This document shows, one piece after another, positions 1-13,582 of a stretch of 64,000 bases of DNA. Under the pieces are notes generated by a model, which saw only the letters and a list, made by a program, of their open reading frames with translations, was not told the origin of the DNA and did no database searches. Each line of letters opens with the position of its first letter. Positions within the stretch are counted from its first letter, which is position 1. Origin of the DNA: Octopus sinensis (taxonomy: Eukaryota). The translations under genes and the position numbers were made by a program. The DNA is taken from assembly GCF_006345805.1 (NCBI RefSeq), contig NC_043007.1, positions 48,236,001 through 48,300,000 on the forward strand, read 5' to 3'.

Positions 1-812
1 GAGTTAGAGGTTGTAAATCCAACCAACAAAGGGATAATATCTATCCAATGTACTGCTGGTAGAATACCCAATTATTAATACACAAGTGTTTGTTTTGTTT
101 TGTTTTTTTTGCGTGGAAATTACACTACTGAATGTAGCAGTTGCATGAGAGTAAAAAGTTATTTTACTCTTAAGTTATACGGCAATAAGAAAATGGAGGA
201 AACCAGAGGTGGTATTCATCAACTTTTAGACATTATATTATGTCTATTTATTTATTTAAACAAAAAAAAATTATAACAATATACATACATTTATAATGCT
301 TTTGCTTTACATCTCTATATTATAAATCTGAAATGCGAAAAGTTTGTTTGTTTGTTTGTCTGGTTTTGGCATTGAGAACGGGTTAAAGGCCACTAGATCC
401 CGTCGGATTGATTCCAAAATTTACAGGGACATGTAAAATGAGGTGAGGATGTTAGTGGACATCTTAAAAGGTGTCGTTGCTAGGACCAAAACTCACTTTG
501 ACAAGTCTACTCTCATTCTTTTATGTATCTGTCTTTCTCCGTCACTCACTCTCTTTCCTCACTTTCCATCACTTTCTATATATAACGTCGTTTCACGGCG
601 TCGAACTCCCTTACCTTCACTTTCTCTTTATAACGTCGTGTCACGGCGTTCTATATCTCCCCCCTCCCTGCCTTCGACAGCGGTTTCACACACACTCACT
701 CTCTACGTCTGTCTGCATTCATAGAGAGAATTATCATCCCCACCACCACCACACAATCATGAGAACAAATATTATGAATCAGATATTTATTGGGTTAATT
801 TATATATATGTT

Positions 813-854
<42 letters not shown>

Positions 855-1171
855 CTATATATAAATATGTATATATAATGTATATATACAAAGTGTATAT
901 ATCTGTATTTATGTATATTAAACTTTTTAATACTTTTTGATAGTTATATATATATTTTTTTAATTATAAATATAAATTAAAAATTTTAATTTTAAATTTA
1001 AATAATTTAAATTTTTCAATTTTATATTTTCTATATTTTCTATATTATATTTTTTATTTTTATGTTTTGGTTTATGTTTTTCACTGTTTGATTTGCCTAT
1101 TAGTGGTTTTATCTCTAATTTAATTTATACGTATATATATAATTTGTATACATTTGTATATATAATGCGTG

Positions 1172-1253
<82 letters not shown>

Positions 1254-1477
1254 CATTATGTGGTCGGTTGAGCTGAAAATATGCACACCTATGTTAAAAG
1301 TGCTAGCAAGTTTGCATGACAACTATTTTTTTCCTCAAATGAAAGGCGTGACCTCTGACAAAATTCCTCATTTTATAAAATGTGGCACCAGTAGACCCGA
1401 TTGAAATCGGGTTATATTAACCAAAATGTGAAATGGGGTCTAAATGGGGCTGGAAGGGGATTAAAATTTAAAAGAGC

Positions 1478-1765
1478 GGGTGTTTAGGAATTCTCTGTTA
1501 CATCAAGCTAAAAAATTTGCGCCAGCCTTTTAATCGTCAATGTGTTGCCGTCCATGATGAAGAAGTTTTGAATACTTGCCATGGTGAGTCTACTGTCGTG
1601 AGAAAGAATCACTTCAAAACTTGGTGTTTACGAATTTTCTTTTACATCAAGTTCAAAATTTTACGCCAGCCGTTAAACTGTCAATACGTTGCTGTCCGTC
1701 GTTAAGAAATGCCAGCCATGGTGACTCTACTATCCTCAGATTCTATCCCTTCAAACTTTGGTTTC
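1478..1765. repeat. Two degenerate ~144-bp tandem units inside the Helitron
   Basis: gtgttta(g/c)gaatt...ttacatcaag...gccagcc...tcaat...gttgc(c/t)gtcc...gccatggtga(g/c)tctact...ttcaaa occurs twice, ~144 bp apart. Confidence 0.75.
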
Positions 1766-2056
1766 CAATATTTTATTATTTTTATTCAGCTCGCAAGTTC
1801 GTCTGTCCCTTTTAAATGTTAGCGTTTTGCTGTCTGCCTTGAAGCAGACCTTTCCGTTGTCACTGCCTGATATTTATGATTGATCTTTCAAACTACTTTC
1901 TTTCTCAATTTACTCAAGATCTTTTGTTGTTTATAAATGGGAGAGAGATAGATAGAGAAAGATAGAGAGTAAGAGAAAGCGAGGGAGAGTCCGAGAGAAA
2001 GGAAGAGTAAGAGAGTGGGAAAGGGAGAGAGAAAGGAGAGAGAAACAAAGAGGGAG

Positions 2057-2058
<2 letters not shown>

Positions 2059-2087
<29 letters not shown>

Positions 2088-2391
2088 GTTTAACGTCCGT
2101 TTTCCGTGCTAGCACGGGTTGGACGGTTTGACCGGGGTCTGGGAAGTCAGGAGGCTGCACCAGGCTCCAGTCTGATCTGGCAGTCTTTCTACAGCTGGAT
2201 GCCCTTCCTAACGCCAACCACTCCGTGATTGTAGTGGGTGCTTTTTTCGTGTCACCGGCACAGGTGCCACGGGGGCAGGGGCACTGGCAGTGGCAACGAT
2301 CGGTTGGTGCTTTTTACGTGCCACCGGCACAGAATCCAGTCAAGGCGGCGCTGCCATCGGCCACGTTCGGATGGTGCTTTTTACGTACCGA
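2059..2391 (-). mobile_element. SINE with RTE-type 3' end and (TGA)n tail, inserted in the Helitron
   Basis: (ATC)n run then gtttaacgtccgttttcc...ggatgcccttcctaacgccaacc, with three gtgcttttt(a)cgtgccaccggcac-like subunits. Absent from the homologous position of the 30.5-31.3 kb copy. Confidence 0.7.
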
Positions 2392-2721
2392 AAGGATGCA
2401 ACAGAAAATAACAACCACACTCTTACCCGCGCGTAGAGCGGGTCACCTTATGCTAGTATATAAATATATCAGTAATTATTAAAATATATGACGTAGAACA
2501 TAGAAAGTAGAATAGTAGCTACTTTCTATGTTCTACGTTATATATTATAGATAATTACTGGTATTTTTTTATATATATAAAACATAACCTGTTATACACG
2601 TATGTATATTGTTATGACTGCTTTGTTTTATTTTTTAATAATTAAATAAACATAATATAATGTCTAAAAGTTGATGACTTCTACCTCTTGATCCCCTCCA
2701 TTTTCTTATTGCCGTATATAT

Positions 2722-2756
<35 letters not shown>

Positions 2757-2785
2757 AGTATATATTTGTGTGTGTGTGACTTTGT

Positions 2786-2935
2786 GTATGTGTTTGTACC
2801 CCATCACTGATTGACAACCGGGGTTGGTATGTAACTTAGCGGTTCGGTAAAAAAAAAGGACCGATAGAATGAGTAATAGGCTTTAAAAGTATGCCTCGGA
2901 GTCGATATTTTTAACTAAAACCCTTCTTTTATCTT
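2786..2935 (+). mobile_element. SINE family 1, 3' fragment
   Basis: ttgacaaccg...gtaacttagcggttcgg...gaccgatagaat matches the copy at 47532-47930. Confidence 0.7.
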
Positions 2936-3310
2936 CTGTCTTTTACTTGCTTCAGTCATTAGACAGCAGTCATGCGCAGGCATCGCCTTGAATTCTTTTT
3001 AGTCGAATGAATAGACCCCAGTACTTATTTTTAAGCTTGGTACTTATTCCATCGGTCTTCTTTGCCAAACCACTAAATTACGGGTATGTAAACAGGCCGA
3101 CACCGGTTTTCAACTGGTGGTAGAAGGACAAACACAGACACAAAGATACACACACACACATACACACACGATGGGCTTCTTTCTGTTTCCGTCAGCCAAA
3201 TCCCCTTACAAGGCCTTGATCGGTCCGAGGTTATAGCAGAAAACACTTGCCTAAGGTACAACGCAGTTGAAATGAACCTGGAACCATGTGGTTGGGAAGC
3301 AAGCTTCTTT
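2936..3310 (-). mobile_element. tRNA-derived SINE family 1, near full length
   Basis: Reverse complement aligns along its length with 47532-47930 (head, central domain, CA repeat, tail). Confidence 0.8.
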
Positions 3311-4060
3311 ATTTCATGAAATTGACCATAAAGGCCGTACACAGAGTGGACAGCACAAGGTGGGGGCTAAAAAACAAAACGAATGGAAAAGATGAATTTA
3401 ATATAATGAAAAAATGGAATGAAGCCGTTCGGCTCCACCTCCGAGCGACTTCATTGAACCTGTTAATACAACCCTTTTTTAAAAAAAACAAAAAAAAACA
3501 TTAATTTAAGCTACCATTGATAATGCTTTTGTGACAGCTAGTTTTCATTTTTACGTAAAATGTTTATCTTATACTTTTTAAAAATATCATTACAGCTTAC
3601 CCGTTCGGGCATTGTGCTGGTGTCTATCCTCTTGACCCACCACTCGTAGTCACAGTCTTCCTCATAATCCTTTAATTTTGAACGGCACCCCGGGTCTGCC
3701 ATCACACAACGCATATACCCGGGCAACCCCTTCACTCTTGTTATATCTACTTTATGACTCTATTCCACCAGTTTATCTCATTATCAAGTTTTTCATTTTC
3801 TCCATCGTACATTATAACATATATTTCATTACCGGGCAAGGCTGGGGAAATTTGGGCCTCCTGTGTGCTTGTGCTTGTCTTTATGTCAGGTGGGGTAGGG
3901 AGAGGGTTGGTGTCTGTAAGGAGTGGTTGGAGCAGAGTGGGTGTGGGTGGTAGTCTCGGGTAGGTGTGGGGTGAGGGTCGTCATTTGCAATGTGTACTCT
4001 CTTTTTTATTCCCAGAGACCTCTACTCTCACACTCCTCCCACGAATAGGGTGCGAAGAAG

Positions 4061-4098
<38 letters not shown>

Positions 4099-6224
4099 AG
4101 CTAGCCATCTTCTTCGCACCCTATTCGTGGGAAGGGCGTGGGAGAGGAGGTCTTCATGTACCATTTACATAGGGCCCTATCAAATGCAACCGTCATTACA
4201 CTTTCTGGTGAGTTTCCCAATCGTGGACAACTGAGACTATGGATATTATCCAACCATCTCGTTCTTGGTCTACCCCTCGGTCATCTTACTTTTGTCTCAG
4301 CTTCAAAAATCAATGTAGCGAATATTGTCCTGTGATATTCTAATCGCAACTGCGTAGTGCCGGTGCTGTGTTCTCTCAATGCGATGAAGTGACGACGCAA
4401 CCTGGAGAGACTCACTGATCTCCGAACTACACACCTTATCGGGTAACGTTATTCCAGAGAACCTTCAGAGGAACCCCATTTCGGTCGCTTGTATTCACGA
4501 TCGTACTCTTTCGGCCATTACCCAACATTCATAGACACAAGTGAGGATAGGCACAAAACTCCGGTTGAACGTAACGAGTTTGGCTTTTTACCACTCCCTC
4601 CTCTTCTGATGACGAACGCCGGAGCAGGCGCATTACAGTGCTAGCACCTGCAATTTCAACATCCATTTAAGCTTTCTGTTTCCCATCACTCGTAAATACT
4701 TAAGCTTCTACACTTGTCTTGTGACGTTCCACTAAATGCAGAGTGCACTGGGAACTTTACTCTTCATCCCTGCCTTACAGCACTCGACAGCAACGCCAGT
4801 CAATGCATGCTGGAGATCACCAGCTGATGAGTCAAGTAGCACCATGTGGTCTACAGACATTAACTGCCGGATCCTACATCCAGTGATTTTGATACTACTT
4901 CCACAACGGCTGCACGTATCAATTCAGCTCATAGAAATTTTGAACAGGAGAGGGGACAACACGCACTCCGCCGAAGTTCTACACCCTCGTTAAAATGTTT
5001 TTATCTAGCTCCCTTTACCCGAACACAAACCTCTGAGCATTCGTATTTGGGACTTCACGGCAATGAGAAGTTTCCCTTTAATCCCAAACTCCTGCAAAAA
5101 CCTCCACAGTATATCCCGCGACACGCAGTCACATGCCTTTTCGAAGTCTGCAAAGTAAGTGTACACCTCATGGCCATATTCGTACGATTTCTCGAAGATC
5201 TGTCGTAGAGTAAATATCTACATCTGGGATGGAAACCATCTTGTTCTTCTGTTAGCTTGGGTTCAACAATTACCTACATCTCTCTTTCAGACGCCTAGCG
5301 TAGACTTTAACTGGGAGTCTCAACAAGGAGATTCCTTTATAATTAGAGCACTCTCTCTTATCTCCTTCTTTAACAATTGGGAACATCACCCTGGTTTTCT
5401 ATTGCTTTGGATCTAAACTGCCTAGCATAAATGAGTCGATCAGAGAATATCTTCTCTATTTAAGGCTTTTAGCGTTTCATGCCGAATTTCATCGTCCCCA
5501 GCGCCCTTGCTACATTTGAGCGCTTTACTCGCCTCTATGACTTCAACTTCAGTGAGCTTAGTCTTCGCCCAAGATGCACCTCGTGTCCATCAGGCGATTT
5601 TATTGTGACTGGATTTAGGATATCAGCAAAGTATTCTCTTCCCTTCCCAAAGATACTCTTTTCTCTAGAGCAGTGGTTCCCAGCCAATTTTTGGCCATGC
5701 CCCACCGAATCATTTCTAAATTCCTGATGCCCTCTTGTGATATTTAATTTTTGTAATTTCAAAATTTGGTTAATGTTTACAATATTACCCTGAAACAAAA
5801 TAAGAAAATAGTACAAATTTTTTTTAAAATGTGTAGGAAACGAATATGAAAAAAATGCGCGGAAAGCAACGGTGAGGGGAGGACTTCAGAAAATTCACAA
5901 GATACGAGTTTTTCCTCATAACTTTTAGGAAAATGTATTTTTTTTAATGAAATTTTATATACATACCTTTCAACCGCATAGATTACGATTATAAAGAAAT
6001 TTTGAGAAATTCACTTCAGAAAATTCACAAGTTCCGAGTTTCTCGCCCATAACTTGGTGGCAGTTTATCGTGGATAGCGAGTATAAATCCAATTTTAAAT
6101 ACTCCTCTAAATATTGACGAACATTTTTTTTTACTTGCGCTACTCATTTTATGTATTTTGGAATCGGCATAGCTACAGATTTCTGTGCCCCCGACTTTGG
6201 ATGATCATAACTTTCAGAAAAAAA

Positions 6225-7259
6225 GATATTTTTAATGAAATTGTCTACGAATATGTGTTACATCATGTAGATTCCGAATATACAAATTTTTTTGGAGGGG
6301 AAGGTTGGGGTATAAAAATTTGGTATTTCGAAAAATTCACCGGAATCCACTTCAATTCGTCTTAACTTTCAAGGAAATGGATATTTCTTAATGAACTTCT
6401 CTACAAATATACCTCAAATTATGCAGATTCCGAGGACATAGGAATTTGGGGAGAAAACAATTATGGACTATTTTTAAGAACTGTTCCCACTCACTGGTGT
6501 ATCTGAACAAGTCGCCCATATTTGTTTCATTTTCTCCGTTTTATGCGTTTGCGCATCTGTAGATTTCTAACATACGCGCGCGCGCACATGCATACACACG
6601 TATATGTATGTGTAATTAAAATAGTTCAGACGGGAAATTATTCTATTCAATATCATTATAGAGATTATGTAACAAATTATGCTTTACACTTCTATGTCTA
6701 TCTGTGCGTGTATATTCCTTATTTCTGCTTCTGGTGTCTTCTGCATTTCTATTAGAAACGTTTACCTGTAAGTTTACTTAAGTGAAAAAACAAATGTTTG
6801 CAACAGATAAGTTGTCATAACATATTTCTGTGTACCAAACCTTTAGCTGTTATTTTTAGCATAACGAGTTTTCTGGTGAGGGCTTCATTGCTTGTTTGTT
6901 GCTTCAGTAGAAATCTATGGATGCACAAACGCACAAAACGGAGAAAATGAAACAAATATGGACGACTTGTTCAGATACACCCACGAGTGGGGAACTGTTC
7001 TCAAAAATAGCCTCCAATTGTTTTCTCCTAAAATTCCTATGTCCTCGGAATCTACATAGTCCGAGATATATTTGTAGAGAATTTCATTAAAAAATATCCA
7101 TTTCCTTGAAAGTTAAGACGAATTGAAGTGGACTCCGGTGAATTTTCCGAAATTCCCCATCCCAACCTCTCCTAAAATACTTTTCCCCACCAAAATTTTG
7201 CATATTCGGAATCAACATGATATAACACATATTCGTAGACAATTTCATTAAAAATTATC
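6225..7259. repeat. Long imperfect inverted repeat (foldback/MITE-like), ~345-bp arms
   Basis: 6225-6569 is the reverse complement of 6908-7259 with scattered mismatches, e.g. gtgtatctgaacaagtcg / cgacttgttcagatacac. Confidence 0.9.
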
Positions 7260-7267
7260 CAGTAAAT

Positions 7268-7682
7268 GCATCAGTAACACCCCACCCCCAGTGGCTAGCC
7301 ACATTCAGATGGCTAGTACACCTTACGTTGTCGAGCGGTTACTGTTTATTTCTCGTTCAGAGATTTATTATTGCTTTCAGACAGTTTTTCTAAATCAGTG
7401 ACAGTGGTTGCTGTGAAAAACGTTAAATATTATTTGCAGGGGGTCTCCTTCATCGAAAACCGGTGTTTACCATGCGTTGACGAGAGGCAATTACCTTGAA
7501 ACTATAGTCCGTATGTAGCACTTAGGTTTTCGAGGGAGGATGACCTCCCTTTGCAAATAACACAAGGGCACTGAAATTGTGTCTAAAGCCCATCTGGTGA
7601 CGTTGATCGCCTGGGGCTAAAAGCATCAGTAACACCCCACCCCCAGTGGCTAGCCACATTCAGATGGCTAGTACACCTTACG
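7268..7682. repeat. Identical 60-bp direct repeats flanking an internal inverted repeat
   Basis: gcatcagtaacacccc...gtacaccttacg at 7268-7327 and 7623-7682; imperfect inner IR at 7430-7461 / 7525-7560. Confidence 0.9.
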
Positions 7683-8637
7683 ATTTCAGTATAAACTTTC
7701 AGAAAATATGCTCAAAAAGAAAAAAAAATATTCCGTGAATCTTCTCAGATGCAAAAGCCTTTGTATCAATGATGGAAGTTTTTCTTACCTTTTTGCTGAA
7801 TTCACAAAACTGACTGGCGGGAATAAAATGACCAGTTAATTTTCATCTCTGTTCATATATATATATACGTGTGTGTGTGCGTTACCAGTACCATAAATCT
7901 CTCTCTATCTATCTCCCTCCTCCTCTCTCTTTCAGCCTCTTTGTCTTCCTTCACTGACGCTACCCCTCATTTCCACTCCATTTCAACCCATTTCCCACCA
8001 TTCAATTCTTTCATCCCTCACTGTCGTCAGAGATAAGACTCAATACTCTTAGACACACTCGCACACATAAGTCTATCTCCAGTTTATTTCTCCATAGGTA
8101 ATTAAGATGGCATTGCTTTCAGTACTGACCAGTTCTATACTACATACACGCACACTCACATACGCTTTTGTAATTATCTACATATTTTCACATACCACTA
8201 AATCGAAAGAAATAATCTATTCCCTCTTTAGTGACATTAGATCTTATGAATACGATGAAAACAACCTATTGTCTCAAAAGTGTCCAAAATTTGATAAAAT
8301 TGTCCACAGAAGGGATGTAAAGAATTATTTTTTTTAATAACTCATTCTCGAATTGCTCCCTTTCTCTATTGGTATACTAAACATTGTGTACAAAAGGTAT
8401 AAAAATTCAGCATGCCTCACCAAAATATTACCATGCCCCACTGGTGGGGCATGCGCCTCACGTTGGGAATCACGGCTCTAGAGGAAACTCCAGTCGAGTT
8501 CTTCATGGCAAATATGGAAATGCGCTTCTTGTTCCGAAGTCAAGAATGGTCTGGCAAGATATTTTATTGGCCAATCTAAAATCAGAGTCCATTTTAGTCC
8601 CAAAGTCTTGCCCTGGCTTAGCATTGGACGCTTTTAC

Positions 8638-8651
8638 TCTCTCTCTCTCTC

Positions 8652-8719
<68 letters not shown>
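8638..8719. repeat. (TC)n microsatellite within the RTE remnant
   Basis: Direct reading. Confidence 0.95.
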
Positions 8720-8720
<1 letters not shown>

Positions 8721-9735
8721 GCTGCAACTTTACGCGCCTCAGTGTTCTGCATGCGCAAAAGAGTAAACGTGTTTCTGAGCCAAGCTTTGTAAGCCTCCTT
8801 CTGTGCTTGGATAGTATCTTTAGCTTCTTAGTTAAACCTGGGAATTCATTTACAACTTGACTACCTGATATCACACCAAACCACTTTCGTCCACAACACT
8901 GTACAGTCGAAGAAGAAACAGCTGAACTAAACAATTCTCACTCCGTTTCGACATCTTCAGTTTATTCAAGGTCTCTGAATTTGGATGCAATAGTTTCTGA
9001 ATATTTCTTGCTGATCCAATCATCCACCAAGGCTTCCCACTTTATCCTGTAAGTTGCACTGGACTTATTTGTTTTGGGGGTTGTGCCTCCTGTGGATAGA
9101 CTCAAAAAGTAGACAACTAGGCTGATCAGTTGTCTTTCCCTCCCAGTCCCGGAAAATCTGAAAATAATAACTTTATATTTGGCATTGATGTGCAAAAGAT
9201 ATCGTTTCATTCCCTGATTTTTCGCATCATTCATCTCAAGTTTACAGGTTTTTGACTTTAGTGTTTCAATCGAGAGGGAAAAAAAATACTACTTTCGTTA
9301 TTGTTTGATGCAAGAAAAAGTAAATATTTTGAGGAATTGAAATCTATTGTACTTAAAACACACGCCTCCGAAAAAATTATCATAGTTCACATACAATTTC
9401 CGACTCTTTAAGATCGCACTAGAATAATTTCCGACTCTGTTGTATAGGATTGGCAATACTTTGTTTTCGCTGTGGTCATGGAGGGAGAGTAAAGTCCATT
9501 AGACAGTTGCTGCCGCCGCCTTAGGTCTGTTTAGCCGTTTCAAGCAATGCTTGCCTTGTCATCATTCAAACCTTTTCCTTAGACTGCTTTCTGTCTCATT
9601 TTTCTTTTTCTTTTTCCTTTTCTTTTTCTTTTTTTTTTTACTTTTCTGTTTCTTTTTAATCATTTTTGCGGGGAGAATCAAACGAGGTGGTTTTCGTTTA
9701 TTTTACGTCCGTGTATATTTATATACACCCGCGTT

Positions 9736-9933
9736 ATGCCCATATATGTTATCTCTGCAGCCCTCCACAACGCAGATTATCAATGTCACACCTGTGCCAT
9801 GTACACCAGGCGACAGAAGGGCAGAAGTTGCTCTAACTGTAACAATTTCTTTCACCACGCTTGTGTCAAACTCATTCGACGCAGCTTCGAATATCTCCAC
9901 CAGAGGCACTGTCCGAACTACTTAACCGTCTGA
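9736..9933 (+). pseudogene. Degenerate PHD-finger remnant, probably the N-terminus of a LINE ORF1
   Basis: CHTC...CSNCNNFFHHACV...HCPN has C4HC3-like spacing with the last Cys lost; no splice context seen. Confidence 0.5.
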
Positions 9934-11422
9934 GGTGGCATATCCCTCGCAACACTACGAGCGGACACAGGTGCAGCATGGTTGTGATTTGATCTTCTTC
10001 AACCCGGACGAAATCTTGGCGTCAATCTCATATCGGGCAGTCACAGGGAATCAACCCGAACTACGTGCGTTGGGAATCAAGCTTCTTATCGCACAGCCAC
10101 TTCTGCGCCTGTAATATTAAAAAAAAATGTAGATTTTAGGTATCTTAGTTGGAGATACATTTTATTTGAAATAAAAGACAGAATAGTCACGGTTAGAACA
10201 TCTATGAATTATATATCTGTCCTAGTTTAAGTAATAACTACGGAAATTTACATTCCACATATTCAGATGATGAATTCTCATCCATATCTAATGCTGCCGG
10301 CGCAGTAGGCTTCATAACAAAAGGCTTTTGTTACGAACATTCTGTGCGAGGCAGTAGCAGAAAATATCGGAAACACTTCATTCTTACTATTTACAACCTT
10401 TTGTTCACGTGATTAGTGATACAGTCAGAGTTATTTATAAATACTCATTTCATACACACACATACACACACACACACACACCACTACCACTACCACTACC
10501 ACCACCACCACCATCACGTGCACAGCACACCACACCACACGAGATGACTACAACGCGCTTTCCTCGTTTGATTGTCCTCTTGAGCAGAAGCAGGACAGAT
10601 GTGACTTTTGAGTCTTTCTAGAACCTACACTCTTTTGCAGAGATGTAACAATGATGGGCACTTCTTGTTCAAAAAGTTATCACCCACGGTGATGCATGCT
10701 TTCGTTCCATCACGGGATTTTTTATTGAGTGGGGTTTTTTTTTTCGGTTATGAACAGCCGTAGCATGTAACACATATCGGTTTAGCTTAGAAATGCGCGA
10801 CTATGTAGACATACCTCTCCTCTTGCAACAAGTCTCTTTGGCTGTGAAAACTCGTTTATCAAGGAAAACAGTCTTGGAAACCCAACAGAATGGATTCTGA
10901 TGAAAGGAAAAAGAAAAATATTACAAACTGAAAATCACAGTACAAGACAAAAGAGAGAGAGAGATTAGTGGAGAAAACACAGAAACCAACAAACTGTCAC
11001 ACACGCGCGCACACACACACATACACACACACACACTACACCAACACTATTACAAACACCCCAACAAACAAAACACATAGCAATCTAGACCAACAATGCG
11101 AACAGCACTCCTAAGGCATCACTAATTACATGGCCATTAACGCAATTAATAAAAACGTAATAAAACCTTATTCAAAAATACACATTGCTCTAAATGAATA
11201 CGTCTCACCCCTGCATAACTCACCTATTCACATAAAAGCTATAAAAGCAACGTGACAAACTTACAACAAACTGAAAGCAAAATATTCCAAAGAATTTGGA
11301 GATTGCTGCAGGGTCATAAATAAGAGGTTCTACAAAGAAGTGCCACAAATAGCTAGAAGGACAGAACATGTCTCATCACAGTAACAGTGTCCCTGCCTAC
11401 GAAGTCTATCTAAGTCGACCAC

Positions 11423-12050
11423 GCACCTTGGCCAAAATTTTTTAATCTGCGTTCAGCAGCGTTATGGGCTAAAATTTTCTCTTTGATCTCCCTTGTTTAG
11501 GTCCTTTCTTTGTAGTTTTACCGCTCATCGACTCACAGAAAAAAAGAATTCTTCCGTTTTGTTGCCAGTTAAGGCTGATATTTGCTAAGATGCCACCAAA
11601 CATGCCTGGCATAAAAAAGCAAAGTTTGTAAGGTAGACCATCCAAACCAAACGATTGGCAGCGCATCATCGCATCCCACATTTCCGCGGCTGTTTTCGAC
11701 ATGTCGCAACGCTCCATTCCACCTTATCGAGAGTCTGGAATGCCGTCGAGGTAGGTGCTAAAGTCCATTCTGCTTTCCAGACTGCCATTTTTCCCAAACA
11801 GTTAAACGAATTGCTGTTGAAATGTCGCAAACATCTGCTCGGGCTCGAGGACCATGAACCCATTTTTGTCCACCAAAGACACAAGAGTGTCAGAGGCGCA
11901 TCGTAACCACGTTGCGCCCCTGTCACTCGGGTCCATCGAGCGACTTTCTTTCCCTCGTCTCTCAGAGCACGCCTTTCGCTCTGACAATGCATTCTTTGTA
12001 CTTAACGTTAAAGAATTGGTCCAGAACCTAGGAAAACTGGTACAAATAAC
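11423..12050 (-). mobile_element. L1/Tx1-clade LINE fragment (linker to start of RT)
   Basis: SLVDKNGFMVLEPEQMFATFQQQF; FGLDGLPYKL..MPGMFGGILANISLNWQQNGRI; ITLLNAD*KILAKV. Confidence 0.85.
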
Positions 12051-12089
12051 CACAAAGCATGATCAAAACAAAAAAAACTGTTTTGTGTC

Positions 12090-13169
<1,080 letters not shown>

Positions 13170-13538
13170 CTACGTATATATTAAACGTGTTGGCGGCAGA
13201 ATGACCGATTTAATCAACTTTCACATAGGTACTAATAGACGTTTATTGCAGTAAAATTAAAATCGTATTAATGGTGGTTTGTTTAGTTAACCCTCCAACA
13301 TCGACAAGTTTCAACACATGACAATGAGGCATTTTAACTAGATACAACCAAGTACTGAACTAGATATAACCAAATATTAAACTACATTCAGACATCTATT
13401 CTCGCGATCTATTATCTGAGTGAATTGACGCAGGTTTCCTATAATAGTTATATGTCGTTTTGGCGCCAGTTGTGATGCTACCTGTAATCATATAACAAAT
13501 TTCTTGCTATTTTAAACCATGGTGTGTGTGTATGTGTC

Positions 13539-13582
<44 letters not shown>

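Larger units (their letters stand above)
312..2456 (+). mobile_element. Non-autonomous Helitron (Lep1/HINE-like) with internal cargo
   Basis: A|TC start (a-tctctatattataaatctgaaatgcgaaaagtttgtttgtttg). 3' hairpin acccgc-gcgtaga-gcgggt at 2425-2443, then CTAG (2453-2456) and T. Both ends recur in the copy at 30502-31324. Confidence 0.85.
5671..8475. mobile_element. Non-autonomous hAT (Charlie-like) DNA transposon
   Basis: TIRs cagtggttcccagcc / cgttgggaatcacgg. Identical 8-bp TSD CTCTAGAG at 5663-5670 and 8476-8483, fitting the NTCTAGAN target preference of Charlie-type hATs. Confidence 0.9.
4340..9230 (-). mobile_element. Decayed RTE-clade LINE, split by a hAT insertion at 5671-8475
   Basis: Broken frames give IFTLRQIFEKSYEYGHEVYTYFADFEKA (RT), YRIKWEAL and FGTKMDSDFRLANK (linker), and LPDKVCSSEISESL..RIER (C-terminus). 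The frame reads through the TSD: KNSTGVSSR|EKSIFGKGREYFADILNP. Confidence 0.9.
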
